A DNA stretch of 64,000 bases from Patescibacteria group bacterium (GCA_038064515.1 JBBTSY010000009.1:2155-66154); one strand, 5' to 3'. Shown: positions 17,976 to 27,744, numbered from the stretch's first letter. Notes: a model not told the origin generated them from the sequence alone. Program-made: numbers and translations.

Positions 17976-18693
17976 AGTGATAACCCCGCTTTTCTTTGCC
18001 GCGAAAAGAAAATTCTACTTCAGTATCACCGGTATTTCTGTTATGTTTCATCCGAATTTCAAAATCTTCGCCGGTTTTCAGGAGTTCGCCGGTCTCTTTC
18101 CCAAAAATTTCCTGAATAAGTGGTTGCATCGTCTCGAAATGAGTGGTGCCAATGATTCTCAAGCGTTTGCCCTGCGTATTTATGTGTTCGGCGGCGTATC
18201 GTAGATAGTTCATTATTCGGTCGATCCTTTTTTGTATCTCCGTTCTGGTTTCTACTTTCTCACTTTTTTCTCCTGCCCATGTCTCATGTTCTAAAAATAC
18301 TTCTTCGGGGTTTTTGCCTTCTTCTATGATTTTATCAAATAAATTAAATATGAAATCAGGGTCTTTTACTTCCATTTGTCGCAAAGAAGAAATGGAGCTT
18401 TGTTTTGCTATTTCTATGCCGTGTTTTTCAAAGACTTGTTTCATTACTTCAGCAGAGCCTTTTGCGCGCATGGCTGAAGAAGACCAAAAAACCACGATCT
18501 CTTGTTGTGGGTCTATAGTAGCGGCAATCTGTTCTGCAGTAGCTCTGATTTCTTCTTTGCCTCTTTCTGTTATATCAGGAAATTCTTCTGTGTATTCTGT
18601 CCCTCCATGCCTTACGAAATCAACGATAAGCTCCTGCGTTTTTGGCTCTTCTTCTTTGAGTTCCGGGGTAAATTTTTCTCTCTCTGATTCCAT
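17929..18693 (-). CDS. histidine phosphatase (phosphoglycerate mutase-like) family protein
   Basis: RHGGTEY N-terminal RHG catalytic motif. Overlaps the kinase gene as an operon. Confidence 0.65.
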   Translation of the reverse strand: MESEREKFTPELKEEEPKTQELIVDFVRHGGTEYTEEFPDITERGKEEIRATAEQIAATIDPQQEIVVFWSSSAMRAKGSAEVMKQVFEKHGIEIAKQSSISSLRQMEVKDPDFIFNLFDKIIEEGKNPEEVFLEHETWAGEKSEKVETRTEIQKRIDRIMNYLRYAAEHINTQGKRLRIIGTTHFETMQPLIQEIFGKETGELLKTGEDFEIRMKHNRNTGDTEVEFSFRGKEKRGYHFDKETRKFTALDSHD

Positions 18694-18722
18694 AATTCAG
18701 AATAGCATATGGCCAAGTCCAT

Positions 18723-19574
18723 TTACAGCTTTATGATATTAATGCCGCCGCGTTTGTCGATTTCGACGATTTTATAGCCATTGGTGTCGGCGAGAATATG
18801 ATCCTCGCCGCGGAACCAAGCGGCTTTTTTGATTGTTGCCGCAAAACGAGTGATAAGTTCTCGGTCGCCAGTCTTGTGATAGGGCTGGTAATCGGTGTCG
18901 TGAAGCCAGCCGACCCATACATCACGATCATTCCACCAAAGAATCTTTCGGCCATTGTCAGATATTGAAAATCCCGCAACATTGGGAGCATATAATGTTA
19001 GTGTGCCGTCCTTGTTTGTATAAAGAGTTTTATTTTCAAGAATAAATATTTCATCCGAGATAGGGGAGGCGCTAACTGACGCGGTAATACCGGGAGAGGA
19101 AGATCTGGTCGTTCGGGACGTGGTTTTGGGGACAGGTGAAGATGGCGGAATGGCAATTACAACATTGACCGATAGTAAAAGTTTTTCAAATTCTTCCAGA
19201 AGCTTTGGCGCTTCCGCTTCACTCATCGGTAGAATGATAATACGAGGAAAATCGGTGATATAACCTTCCTGCACGGTGACGGTTTTTTGCCACGGCGTAA
19301 ATCCTTCGCGGTCTAAACGGACAATATAGTTAGCGGGAAGGAGGCCGCTTATGGTGTGAGAATTTCCGAAGAGGGACGTCGTGCCGTCAAGCTCATCGTT
19401 TATGAATACTTTGGCATCGTCATTGACTTTAAGCTGGATCGTGCCCGTATGCAAAAACCGCTGTTCCTTAAAGCTGTATTTATATCCTTGGGCATAGACA
19501 ATAGCGATATAGCTGGCGCTGATAAAAATAAGAAGACCTAGATAAAAGAAAATTCGTCGGGCGTTTTTAGTCAT
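18723..19574 (-). CDS. membrane-anchored protein with a PEGA-like domain and a Ser/Thr/Pro-rich linker
   Basis: N-terminal TM. LKVNDDAKVFINDELDGTT...NYIVRLDREGFTPWQKTVTVQEGY resembles PEGA. Confidence 0.5.
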   Translation of the reverse strand: MTKNARRIFFYLGLLIFISASYIAIVYAQGYKYSFKEQRFLHTGTIQLKVNDDAKVFINDELDGTTSLFGNSHTISGLLPANYIVRLDREGFTPWQKTVTVQEGYITDFPRIIILPMSEAEAPKLLEEFEKLLLSVNVVIAIPPSSPVPKTTSRTTRSSSPGITASVSASPISDEIFILENKTLYTNKDGTLTLYAPNVAGFSISDNGRKILWWNDRDVWVGWLHDTDYQPYHKTGDRELITRFAATIKKAAWFRGEDHILADTNGYKIVEIDKRGGINIIKL

Positions 19575-19804
19575 GGAAGGTGTTAAAAATGTTCCTAAAG
19601 GATAGCATTTTTAAAGCTTTTTGACTAGTCGACCGGGAGTATGCCTGGTCATTTGATTTCACCTACTAAACCAGCTATAGTTGGTGGGATGAATCCCGCA
19701 CAAAGCAGCCCCAACGGGTCTGATAGTCAAAACTGTAGTATGTCACATGTATTCTATAATCATCAGTACAAAGCTATGCCCAGTTTTGTACTGCTTCTAA
19801 CGGG

Positions 19805-20806
19805 ATGAAAAAGATAGGCATTGATCTTGGAACCACTAATACAGTTGTTTTCGTGCCTAAAAAAGGCATAGTTATCAACGAGCCGTCTGTTGTCGCGGTG
19901 TCAGTTCTCGATAATAAAATTATAGCCGTTGGCAATCTTGCGAAGGAAATGATCGGCCGCACTCCCGATAGCATCATCGTGTCCCAGCCACTAGTAGACG
20001 GCGCCATTGCGGATTATCGGATTACCGGCGCGATGCTTAAATATTTCATAAAGAAAGCAATTGGCGTTTTTAGCTTTATGAAACCGGAAGTTTTAATTTC
20101 GGTACCGGCCGGTATTACGTCAACGGAAAAACGCGCCGTCATCGAATCAACGCTCAACGCCGGAGCAAAAGCAGTCTATCTCGTTAAAGAGCCGGTGCTT
20201 GCCGCCATCGGATCAAAAATTTCCATCAACAGCCCGATTGGAAATATGATCCTGAATATCGGCGGAGGAACAACCGAGCTGGCTGTAATTTCGCTGGGCG
20301 GCATTGTAAGCTGGTCATCAGTCCGTATCGGCGGTAATAAGTTTGATTTCACTATCGTTGAATACGTTAAAAAGAAGCACGGTCTTGCTATTGGCGAACG
20401 AACCGCCGAACTTATTAAAATAAATATTGGCAGTGCGGTGAAGCAAGCGCAAGAAGATAAAATCAATATCCGTGGCCGCGACCTTGCGACCGGACTGCCT
20501 AAGACTATCGAAATTACTACGAATGAAATTACAGAGGCTCTAAATGAAAGTTTGCGTGAGATTGTCCAGATCGTGAAGAGCGTACTCGAGGTAACTCCGC
20601 CGGAACTCTGTTCAGACATCATGGATCGCGGAATTGTAATATCGGGTGGCGGCGCGCTACTTCGCAATATTGATCAACTGATCACCCGTATAACAGGTGT
20701 TCCCGCCCGCATAGCCGACGATCCGCTTTTCTGCGTCGCTCGTGGTACCGGCATCGTGCTTGAAAACCTGGATGTCTATAAGAAAAATGTCATCGCAAAG
20801 CGCTAA
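19805..20806 (+). CDS. mreB: rod-shape-determining actin homolog MreB
   Basis: [17 protein letters not shown]...GGGTTELAVISLGG... Confidence 0.9.
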   Translation: MKKIGIDLGTTNTVVFVPKKGIVINEPSVVAVSVLDNKIIAVGNLAKEMIGRTPDSIIVSQPLVDGAIADYRITGAMLKYFIKKAIGVFSFMKPEVLISVPAGITSTEKRAVIESTLNAGAKAVYLVKEPVLAAIGSKISINSPIGNMILNIGGGTTELAVISLGGIVSWSSVRIGGNKFDFTIVEYVKKKHGLAIGERTAELIKINIGSAVKQAQEDKINIRGRDLATGLPKTIEITTNEITEALNESLREIVQIVKSVLEVTPPELCSDIMDRGIVISGGGALLRNIDQLITRITGVPARIADDPLFCVARGTGIVLENLDVYKKNVIAKR

Positions 20807-20955
20807 TGAATCCTCACACTCACCTGACGAGCTGTTCCTGGTGGCGAGGATGGTCATGGATAATAGCATAATATGTCGTGTAATAGTTTGCTGCGCTGTA
20901 AGCACTTCGCTTAGCGGAACGCGAGCCATTACTCGTCAGCGAGTGTAAGGATGAA
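20806..20955 (+). repeat. TIR-140 intergenic element, copy 1 (ATGAA-[TCCTCACACTCACCTGACGAG ... CTCGTCAGCGAGTGTAAGG]-ATGAA)
   Basis: 19-21 bp terminal inverted repeats. Conserved internal blocks CTGTTCCTGGTG and GGAACGCGAGCCATTACT. Overlaps the mreB stop codon and directly abuts the GT4 start codon. Confidence 0.7.
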
Positions 20956-22024
20956 AATCGCACTTGTTCATGATTGGCTTGACATGCTCGGCGGTGCGGA
21001 GCGGGTTCTTATCGAATTGCATAAGATGTTTCCCGAAGCGCCAATCTATACGTTATTTGCCGAAGAGCAATTTTTAAAAAAGTATCTGCCCGAAGCACGT
21101 ATCATAACGAGTGGCATTCAAAATCTTCCATTTCGCCGCAGTGCTTTATGGGCGCCGGCAATGTGCGTGGCGATAGAGTTGTTTGATCTCTCCGCGTACG
21201 ATATTGTCATTTCTTCATCGGTATTTTTTTCAAAGGGATTAGTGTTGCGTCCTCGGACAAAACATATTTGCTATTGCTATAGTCCTACGCGGCAGTTGTG
21301 GGATCGAAATATTGAATCAAGACGAGGGATATTTGCCGCGATAGGCAAGAATATTTTGAGACTGTGGGACAGCCATTCGTCTGGACGGGTCGATTATTTT
21401 GTGGCGATTTCAAAGCACGTCCAGGATCGCATACGAAAATATTATCGTCGCGATTCAAAAATCATTTACCCGCCCGCAACATCGTTTGCACGGAAAGCCT
21501 CAACGGCTCCCGGAGAAGATTATTACCTTATCATTTCGCGACTGTACCCCCACAAAAACCTCGACATTGCTATCGAAGCTTTTAATAAACTGGGGTATAG
21601 TCTCTATATCATCGGTGACGGGCCGCTAAGAAACAGGCTTTCAAAACTGGCAGACGCTAATATCCGATTTTTAGGAGAGCTAAACGATGACGAAGTGGCT
21701 CGCTATTATCAATATGCCAAGGCATTTATTATGCCGCAGGAGGAAGATTTCGGATTGACCGCTGTCGAAGCAATGAGTTTTGGCAAGCCGATTCTTGCTT
21801 TGCGCAAAGGCGGCGCCCTTGAAATTGTCCAGGAAGGAATTAGCGGAGAATTTTTTGACGATCCGATCGCAGAAGGGCTTGCCGACGGCGTACGCAGATT
21901 AAACGAACAAACCTACGATTCGGAGATGATTAAAACGGCCGCTAAGAAATTTTCTACTGATACTTTCCGTACCGAAATACAAAACCTCATCCATGAAACT
22001 TTTTCTCATCACCATCAATTATAA
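20951..22024 (+). CDS. glycosyltransferase family 4 (GT1/GT4 fold)
   Basis: EEDFGLTAVEAMSFGKPILALRKGGALEIV motif typical of glycosyl transferases group 1. Confidence 0.8.
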   Translation: MKIALVHDWLDMLGGAERVLIELHKMFPEAPIYTLFAEEQFLKKYLPEARIITSGIQNLPFRRSALWAPAMCVAIELFDLSAYDIVISSSVFFSKGLVLRPRTKHICYCYSPTRQLWDRNIESRRGIFAAIGKNILRLWDSHSSGRVDYFVAISKHVQDRIRKYYRRDSKIIYPPATSFARKASTAPGEDYYLIISRLYPHKNLDIAIEAFNKLGYSLYIIGDGPLRNRLSKLADANIRFLGELNDDEVARYYQYAKAFIMPQEEDFGLTAVEAMSFGKPILALRKGGALEIVQEGISGEFFDDPIAEGLADGVRRLNEQTYDSEMIKTAAKKFSTDTFRTEIQNLIHETFSHHHQL

Positions 22025-22859
22025 CGGATCTAAAGATACGATTGCCTTCGCCCGTTCGCTTAATCAGCAGACCGATCCTGATTTTTCATTGATTATCATT
22101 GATAATGCTTCGACTCCCGAGGAGCTTATCGCCGTTGAACAACTGCGGAATCTACCGTTTGTGAATCTCGTTCCCAGTGAGACGAATCTCGGGTTTTCCG
22201 GTGGTAATAATGTCGGCATTCGAAAGGCGCTCCAACAGGACGCCGACTGGGTACTACTCATTAATAATGATACGCATGTTGAGTTAAGCTTCATATTATG
22301 CCTTAAACAAGGCTTGAAAGAGCGGCAGGGAATCGTGGGCGTACCGTTGCAGAAAAATGAACGTGTAGCGTATGCCGGCAATGTGGCGTGGCTAAAACCG
22401 ACTCTTTTGCATCAGTACGAGCCGTTAAAGAACGGAATAAACCATTATGCCATCGGGGCAGGCCTTGCCATCCATCAAGGCGTATTTGGAAAGATCGGTT
22501 TCCTGGATGAGCGGTATTTTCTTTACTTTGAAGATGCTGATTTCACGCTGACGGCGCGGAAGGCCGGGATTTCCATTTCCTTTCTCACCGAACCGAAGAT
22601 TCATCACCAGATTTCTCAATCAACGGACAAGCTTGGGTCGCCACTACTCTTACGGTACCACTATCGCAATATGTTTTTATTCAATCAAAAACACGCACCC
22701 GCGCATATTAAGATTTTATTGCCCCTGTGGGTATTTTTAGGTATAGTGAAACAAACGCTAAAACTGATTTTTCTTCCGTCCGAACGTCCTGAATCGAAAG
22801 CAATTATCACCGGCATCAAGGATTATGTGATGGGAAAATTCGGCAAGCTCCATGCTTAA
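21993..22859 (+). CDS. glycosyltransferase family 2
   Basis: FLITINYNGSKDT...IIIDNASTPEE...GFSGGNNVG. GT-A fold with DxD. Confidence 0.8.
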   Translation: MKLFLITINYNGSKDTIAFARSLNQQTDPDFSLIIIDNASTPEELIAVEQLRNLPFVNLVPSETNLGFSGGNNVGIRKALQQDADWVLLINNDTHVELSFILCLKQGLKERQGIVGVPLQKNERVAYAGNVAWLKPTLLHQYEPLKNGINHYAIGAGLAIHQGVFGKIGFLDERYFLYFEDADFTLTARKAGISISFLTEPKIHHQISQSTDKLGSPLLLRYHYRNMFLFNQKHAPAHIKILLPLWVFLGIVKQTLKLIFLPSERPESKAIITGIKDYVMGKFGKLHA

Positions 22860-23955
22860 AATTGGCATTGAATGCGAATCTATCGAGTACGATTCGTACG
22901 GCATTGCCCGTGCAATCAATAAACTCCTCGAAGAAATAGTCCGTCGCCCAGAACTCCAGCAAGAGTTCAAATTTTATTTATATTTCAAATCCAAGATTCC
23001 AAACTATCCATATCTGAATAACCCCATTTTCACCAAACGCATTATCGGTCCTGACTCATTCAGCCTATATTACTACATCATGCTACCGATTCGTCTTCTG
23101 TTTGACGGCTTGCACGTCATGTATTTTCCTAATTACATGCTACCGCTGATCTTTGTGGGGAAATCGCTTGTCCTATCTGTGCACGATGCTTATTACGAGG
23201 CTCGGTCCAGGAACATTCCGTTTCGATATCGACTGGCGTATCGAATTTTTGCCACTTGGGGCGCGGTACATGGCACAAAAGTCATGGCTATCTCGGAGTT
23301 TGGCAAGCGGGAGTTGGAGCAGGTCTATAGAATTAACCCAAACCGCATCGTCGTAAATTATCTAGCCGTCGATCCGCCGGCGGACGTACCTCCGTATTCG
23401 CTTCAACGATATTTCCTTTTTGTCGGTCAGGCATTTCCCCGGCGCTTTCTTAGGGAGACGCTGTTGGCGTTTGAAAAGATCGCTCGCGCGTATTCAGATG
23501 TTAATTTTATCGTAGTCGGAAAAGATAAATATTCTCCATCGATTATTCAAAATCTCATCGGAGAGATTAATGAACATTTAGGGTCCGAGCGGATAATAAT
23601 CAAAGATCAGGTAAGCGATGATAAGCTTGCTTCTTTATATGCCGCCGCTCAGGCAGTCACATATATTTCTACCAAAGAAGCCTTTGGCTTGCCGCCAATC
23701 GAAGGATTGGCGTATAAGGCCATGCCGATCGTGGCCGATACCGCGATGAGTCATGAATTGTTCGACAAAGCGGCATTTTTCGTGAAGCGTCCCGATTCAG
23801 TTGAGGAAATTGCGCAGGTTTTAGAAGAATCACTGATAAATACCGAAAAGCGAAATGCAATTCTCGCGGCGCGTGAGGCCATCCTCCAGAAATTTACATG
23901 GCAGGGACATGCGGACCGGTTTCTCGCTATCGTTCGCGATATTGCTCAACGCTAA
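22852..23955 (+). CDS. glycosyltransferase family 4
   Basis: C-terminal KEAFGLPPIEGLAYKAMPIVAD GT1-type motif. Confidence 0.75.
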   Translation: MLKIGIECESIEYDSYGIARAINKLLEEIVRRPELQQEFKFYLYFKSKIPNYPYLNNPIFTKRIIGPDSFSLYYYIMLPIRLLFDGLHVMYFPNYMLPLIFVGKSLVLSVHDAYYEARSRNIPFRYRLAYRIFATWGAVHGTKVMAISEFGKRELEQVYRINPNRIVVNYLAVDPPADVPPYSLQRYFLFVGQAFPRRFLRETLLAFEKIARAYSDVNFIVVGKDKYSPSIIQNLIGEINEHLGSERIIIKDQVSDDKLASLYAAAQAVTYISTKEAFGLPPIEGLAYKAMPIVADTAMSHELFDKAAFFVKRPDSVEEIAQVLEESLINTEKRNAILAAREAILQKFTWQGHADRFLAIVRDIAQR

Positions 23956-23956
23956 T

Positions 23957-25537
23957 ATGCTTAAACTTCGACCCGCTCACTATCTCTTCATAATTCAGCT
24001 TCTGTTTTTTATCCTTGTCATTCTAGGAATTTTGCCGCGGGCGGTAATGCTGTATGTTACTGCTTTTATTGCAATAGTTTTAATGCGCCAGCCGCTCAAG
24101 GAAGGAGTTTTATTTTTCGTTCAATCAATTCCGTTCTTCGTGGCGCTGCCCTTTACTGAAGGCTTTGATAGTTTCAACGCCTGGCGCATCATTTTGCTTC
24201 TTCTTTTTTTGAAATGGGCTTTTGAAGTGGAATTAAAACCACGGTTGGTATCGCTACTGGATGCAATTCGCAGGCCGGGCGATTTCATAAAGAAGCATCC
24301 GTACGGCGCAGGAGGAGTTTTACTTTTGCTCCTGGCATTTTTATCGCTTATCGACGCACCGCAAGTAGGCGCCGGAATAAAGCGGATTATTTATTTCACG
24401 AACATCGCATTTATCGGAATAATCATTCACGATCTTATCCGGCGTGATAAAAATTTCACACTGGAACTTATTCGAGCGATTAGAATCCCGACGATGCTCG
24501 TGATCTTGGCGGGGTTTATTCAAGTTGCCTCGACATATTTTATCGATATCTATCAATTCATGCGCCTGTGGGGAGAGGGGATTCAATGTAATCAATTCGG
24601 CAGTCAGTGGTGCGAGATCGCGGTGCGCCTTGGCAACACCTGGTTTGCATATTATGGGGAACAGCTGTCGTTGCGAGTTTTTTCTCTGTTTCCTGATTCT
24701 CATTCTTTTCCGCAATTCGTACTTTTGGGCATACCGGCATTATTGGCATATGGAGTCTCAAATATCACCTCGGCGCCGGAACGTTTAAATCGCTTTAAGG
24801 TCCTCATTATGACCAGGGGGAGGCTTGCCATTCTTTGGGTGCCTGCGGCGCTTCTAATCGCAATTTTAAGCGGTACGCGAGGTATTTGGGCCGCTAGCTT
24901 AGGAGTTGTTCTTATGATTATCGCGATAAACTACCTTTTAGTCCATTTTCGAGCTTCCCAAACGCATAAAACGTTTTTTCGCTATATTACGTCCTACTTA
25001 ACGCTTTTCTTTTTGCTTTTCAGCATTGCGTATCCTATTTTTACGTCGCCGCAATTTTTATTATCAAAAGGGGATTTCGGCCTATTTAGAAACAGGGTTA
25101 GATCGATTATCGATTTTGGCGAGACATCGAATCGCCAGCGTATTGAGATTTGGAAGAAATCGGTTGCTTCAATCGGCCGCCAGCCATTTCTGGGCGTGGG
25201 GATTGGAAATTTTCCCGTCGTGCTTGGTCAGGATATCTTCCTTGCCCGTGCTGGATCATCGGCCCATAATATTTATCTCCATATCGCGGCAGAAATGGGC
25301 ATACCGGCACTGCTTGCAGTTTTGGGTCTCTTAAGTCTTTTCTTTATCCGCATCTACAAAACATACGTTCTGGAACAAAACCCATTTGTCATGACGTATC
25401 TTGCCGGAGCAATGCTCTTCATCCCCTGGGTTTTAATTTATTCTTTGACCGATGTAGCTCTTTTTGATGAACGCGCCATGCTCTTTTTTACAACAACTTT
25501 AGCGCTCATCGCGGGAGTGGACCGCTATTATGAATAA
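23957..25537 (+). CDS. O-antigen ligase/polymerase (Wzy_C)-like polytopic membrane protein
   Basis: More than 10 TM segments. AHNIYLHIAAEMGIPALLAVLGL resembles the Wzy_C signature. ATG at 23957 immediately after the upstream stop. Confidence 0.65.
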   Translation: MLKLRPAHYLFIIQLLFFILVILGILPRAVMLYVTAFIAIVLMRQPLKEGVLFFVQSIPFFVALPFTEGFDSFNAWRIILLLLFLKWAFEVELKPRLVSLLDAIRRPGDFIKKHPYGAGGVLLLLLAFLSLIDAPQVGAGIKRIIYFTNIAFIGIIIHDLIRRDKNFTLELIRAIRIPTMLVILAGFIQVASTYFIDIYQFMRLWGEGIQCNQFGSQWCEIAVRLGNTWFAYYGEQLSLRVFSLFPDSHSFPQFVLLGIPALLAYGVSNITSAPERLNRFKVLIMTRGRLAILWVPAALLIAILSGTRGIWAASLGVVLMIIAINYLLVHFRASQTHKTFFRYITSYLTLFFLLFSIAYPIFTSPQFLLSKGDFGLFRNRVRSIIDFGETSNRQRIEIWKKSVASIGRQPFLGVGIGNFPVVLGQDIFLARAGSSAHNIYLHIAAEMGIPALLAVLGLLSLFFIRIYKTYVLEQNPFVMTYLAGAMLFIPWVLIYSLTDVALFDERAMLFFTTTLALIAGVDRYYE

Positions 25538-26555
25538 ACCTCTCGTCACAATTAATTTGGTCGTCAATAACGGAGAAAAATATCTTCGTTATTGTCTGGA
25601 TCACGTCAGAAGGCAAACGTACGAGAATTTGGAGGTCAATGTCTTTGATAACGCTTCAATTGATTCGACACGTGATATTGTTCAAAGAGAATATCCTGAA
25701 TTTAACCTGATCGCACACCCCCAAAACTTGGGCATGTGGCCGGGTCAGGAGGAGGCGCTCAAATCAAGTCATGGCTTTTATATTGTCGGGCTCTCTGTCG
25801 ACGTAATGATGCATCCGCAATTTGTGAAAAACGCTATCCGGGTGTGCGAAGCTGATCCTTTGATCGGCGCTCTGCAAGCTAAAATACTGCGCTATGATTT
25901 CCAACAACTGGCAGACGGATCATATGACGCTTCGAAAATCATTGATACATGCGGATTTCGCCTTGCTCGATCGCGTCGGGTGATGAATGTTGGTCACGGA
26001 GCCTTTGATTATGGCCAGCATGACCAAGCAACTGAAATATTTGCCGCAGAAGGAGCGGTGCCATTTTTCAAAAAAGAAGCCCTGGAAGCCATCCGCATCG
26101 ACGGCGCTATTGTCGATCACGACTATTTCTGGTACGGAGACGACCTAGACCTTACTTGGCGAATGCAGCTATTTGGATGGAAGCAGTGGTATGATCCCGA
26201 CGTCATTGCATATCATGACCGCTCGACGACAAAAGGACACAGCCGGAGCATGATGGATTATTTCCGCAGAGTTAAGACACGACAGCAAATACCGATCAGA
26301 AAACGCATTCTCGACTGGTCGAACGTGCGGTTTACAATTATTAAAAATGATTATATAATAAACATCTTGAAGGACGCGCCCTACATCGCGATTAGGGAGA
26401 TTCAGGTTTTAGGTTTCGCGCTGCTGTTTGAGCCCCAGATTTTTCTAGAAATTCCTCGCTTTCTCGGGCTTCTTCCGGCGATGCTCCGCAAGCGTCGGCT
26501 CGTGATGGCGAAAGCGAAAAAATCTCCTCAAGAAATGCACACATGGTTCATCTAA
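25530..26555 (+). CDS. glycosyltransferase family 2
   Basis: VTINLVVNNGEKYL...VFDNASIDST GT2 N-terminal motif. Confidence 0.75.
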   Translation: MNKPLVTINLVVNNGEKYLRYCLDHVRRQTYENLEVNVFDNASIDSTRDIVQREYPEFNLIAHPQNLGMWPGQEEALKSSHGFYIVGLSVDVMMHPQFVKNAIRVCEADPLIGALQAKILRYDFQQLADGSYDASKIIDTCGFRLARSRRVMNVGHGAFDYGQHDQATEIFAAEGAVPFFKKEALEAIRIDGAIVDHDYFWYGDDLDLTWRMQLFGWKQWYDPDVIAYHDRSTTKGHSRSMMDYFRRVKTRQQIPIRKRILDWSNVRFTIIKNDYIINILKDAPYIAIREIQVLGFALLFEPQIFLEIPRFLGLLPAMLRKRRLVMAKAKKSPQEMHTWFI

Positions 26556-26571
26556 TTATCTTATTATCGGC

Positions 26572-26723
26572 ATGAATCCTCACACTCACTGAAGAGCTGT
26601 TCCTGGTGATGGCGAGGGTTTATATGAATATATCCATAATACACTGATTGTATGACTTGCTTGTCCGCAATACCAAGTAAGGCGGAACGCGAGCCATTAC
26701 TCTTCAGTGAGTGTGAGGATGAA
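26572..26723 (+). repeat. TIR-140 intergenic element, copy 2 (ATGAA-[TCCTCACACTCACTGAAGAG ... CTCTTCAGTGAGTGTGAGG]-ATGAA)
   Basis: Perfect 19-20 bp TIR with compensatory A/T changes relative to copies 1 and 3. Abuts the LCP start codon. Confidence 0.7.
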
Positions 26724-27744
26724 TTTACAGCCAGACTTTAATGAAAAGCCTCGCCTCCGTTTTAACCGCAAAGGGGTAATTTTGAGTTCAATCTTCATTG
26801 TTATGTTTCTACTTGGTGCCGGCTATACTGCGTATAATTGGTCTGATAGCCTATTAGTGGATGCTGGTAAAGCCAACTGGAAGGAGAATCTTTTTCCGTT
26901 TGGCGGCGATAAGCCGGTGGAAACCGATTACGTGATGCCGAAAGCCGAAGCCAACCGATATGATATTCTTATTCTTGGCGTTCGAGGAAAAGATGACCCG
27001 GACGGCGGAAATTTAACTGATACCATCATGCTGTTTAGCCTCGATAAGACAACGGGCCGATCAACACTCGTTTCTATCCCGCGCGATCTCTATGTGCGGA
27101 TCAGTAAAGACAAGAAGGAAAAAATCAATGCCGTATATGCCTATCTTGGCTTAAGAAGCACCGAAAAACTCGTTTCTCAAATCACCGGCGTGTATGTCGA
27201 TAATAGTATCGTTTTTGATTTCTCTTCATTCAAGAAAATCATCGATGATCTCGGAGGGATCGATATCGTTCTCGATAAACCATTTGAAGAAACAACGCAG
27301 TGGGGATATGTATTTAAGCTTCCAACGGGCCTCAACCACTTAGACGGGGAAAACGCTTTATATTATGTCCGATCCCGCTACTCCTCAAATGACTTTGATC
27401 GCGCTCGCCGACAGCAGCAAGTTATGTTTGCCATCAAAAATAAGGTGATTCAGATGGACTTTCTTTCAAGCCCTGTTCGCAGTTTGAGCCTCCTAAACAC
27501 GCTCAAGAAAAATATCAATACCGACATTAATCTCCTTGATATTAAAGGTTTGATTGAACTTGCTCAACAGGTAAACGTCGATAAAGTAAATCGCCATATT
27601 CTTTCCACGGCTGATTATCTCTATGAAAGTGTTGGTGAGGCGGGTGCTTATGTGCTTTTACCGCAGGGAGATAATTTCAATCGTCTTAAGACTTTTTTCC
27701 AGGATTTTCTGAAACCCGTCTCTGCCGTCTCAAAGAAATCATGA
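26719..27744 (+). CDS. LytR-CpsA-Psr (LCP) family cell-wall polymer ligase
   Basis: TM anchor plus ILILGVRGKDDPDGGNLTDTIMLFSL...SIPRDLYV LCP signature. ATG at 26719 is preferred over the GTG at 26707, which lies inside the repeat. Confidence 0.8.
   Translation: MNLQPDFNEKPRLRFNRKGVILSSIFIVMFLLGAGYTAYNWSDSLLVDAGKANWKENLFPFGGDKPVETDYVMPKAEANRYDILILGVRGKDDPDGGNLTDTIMLFSLDKTTGRSTLVSIPRDLYVRISKDKKEKINAVYAYLGLRSTEKLVSQITGVYVDNSIVFDFSSFKKIIDDLGGIDIVLDKPFEETTQWGYVFKLPTGLNHLDGENALYYVRSRYSSNDFDRARRQQQVMFAIKNKVIQMDFLSSPVRSLSLLNTLKKNINTDINLLDIKGLIELAQQVNVDKVNRHILSTADYLYESVGEAGAYVLLPQGDNFNRLKTFFQDFLKPVSAVSKKS

Noticed and set aside
20657-20929. Minus-strand ORF starting ATGGCTCGCGTTCCG (MARVP...) inside TIR-140 copy 1. 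The same ATGGCTCGC start is conserved in the other two copies, raising the idea of an element-encoded antisense peptide
   Set aside because: Reading frames and stop positions are not conserved between copies: the run-on extends into mreB in copy 1, gives a 25-aa peptide in copy 2, and extends into gltX antisense in copy 3. The conservation is better explained at the nucleotide or structure level.
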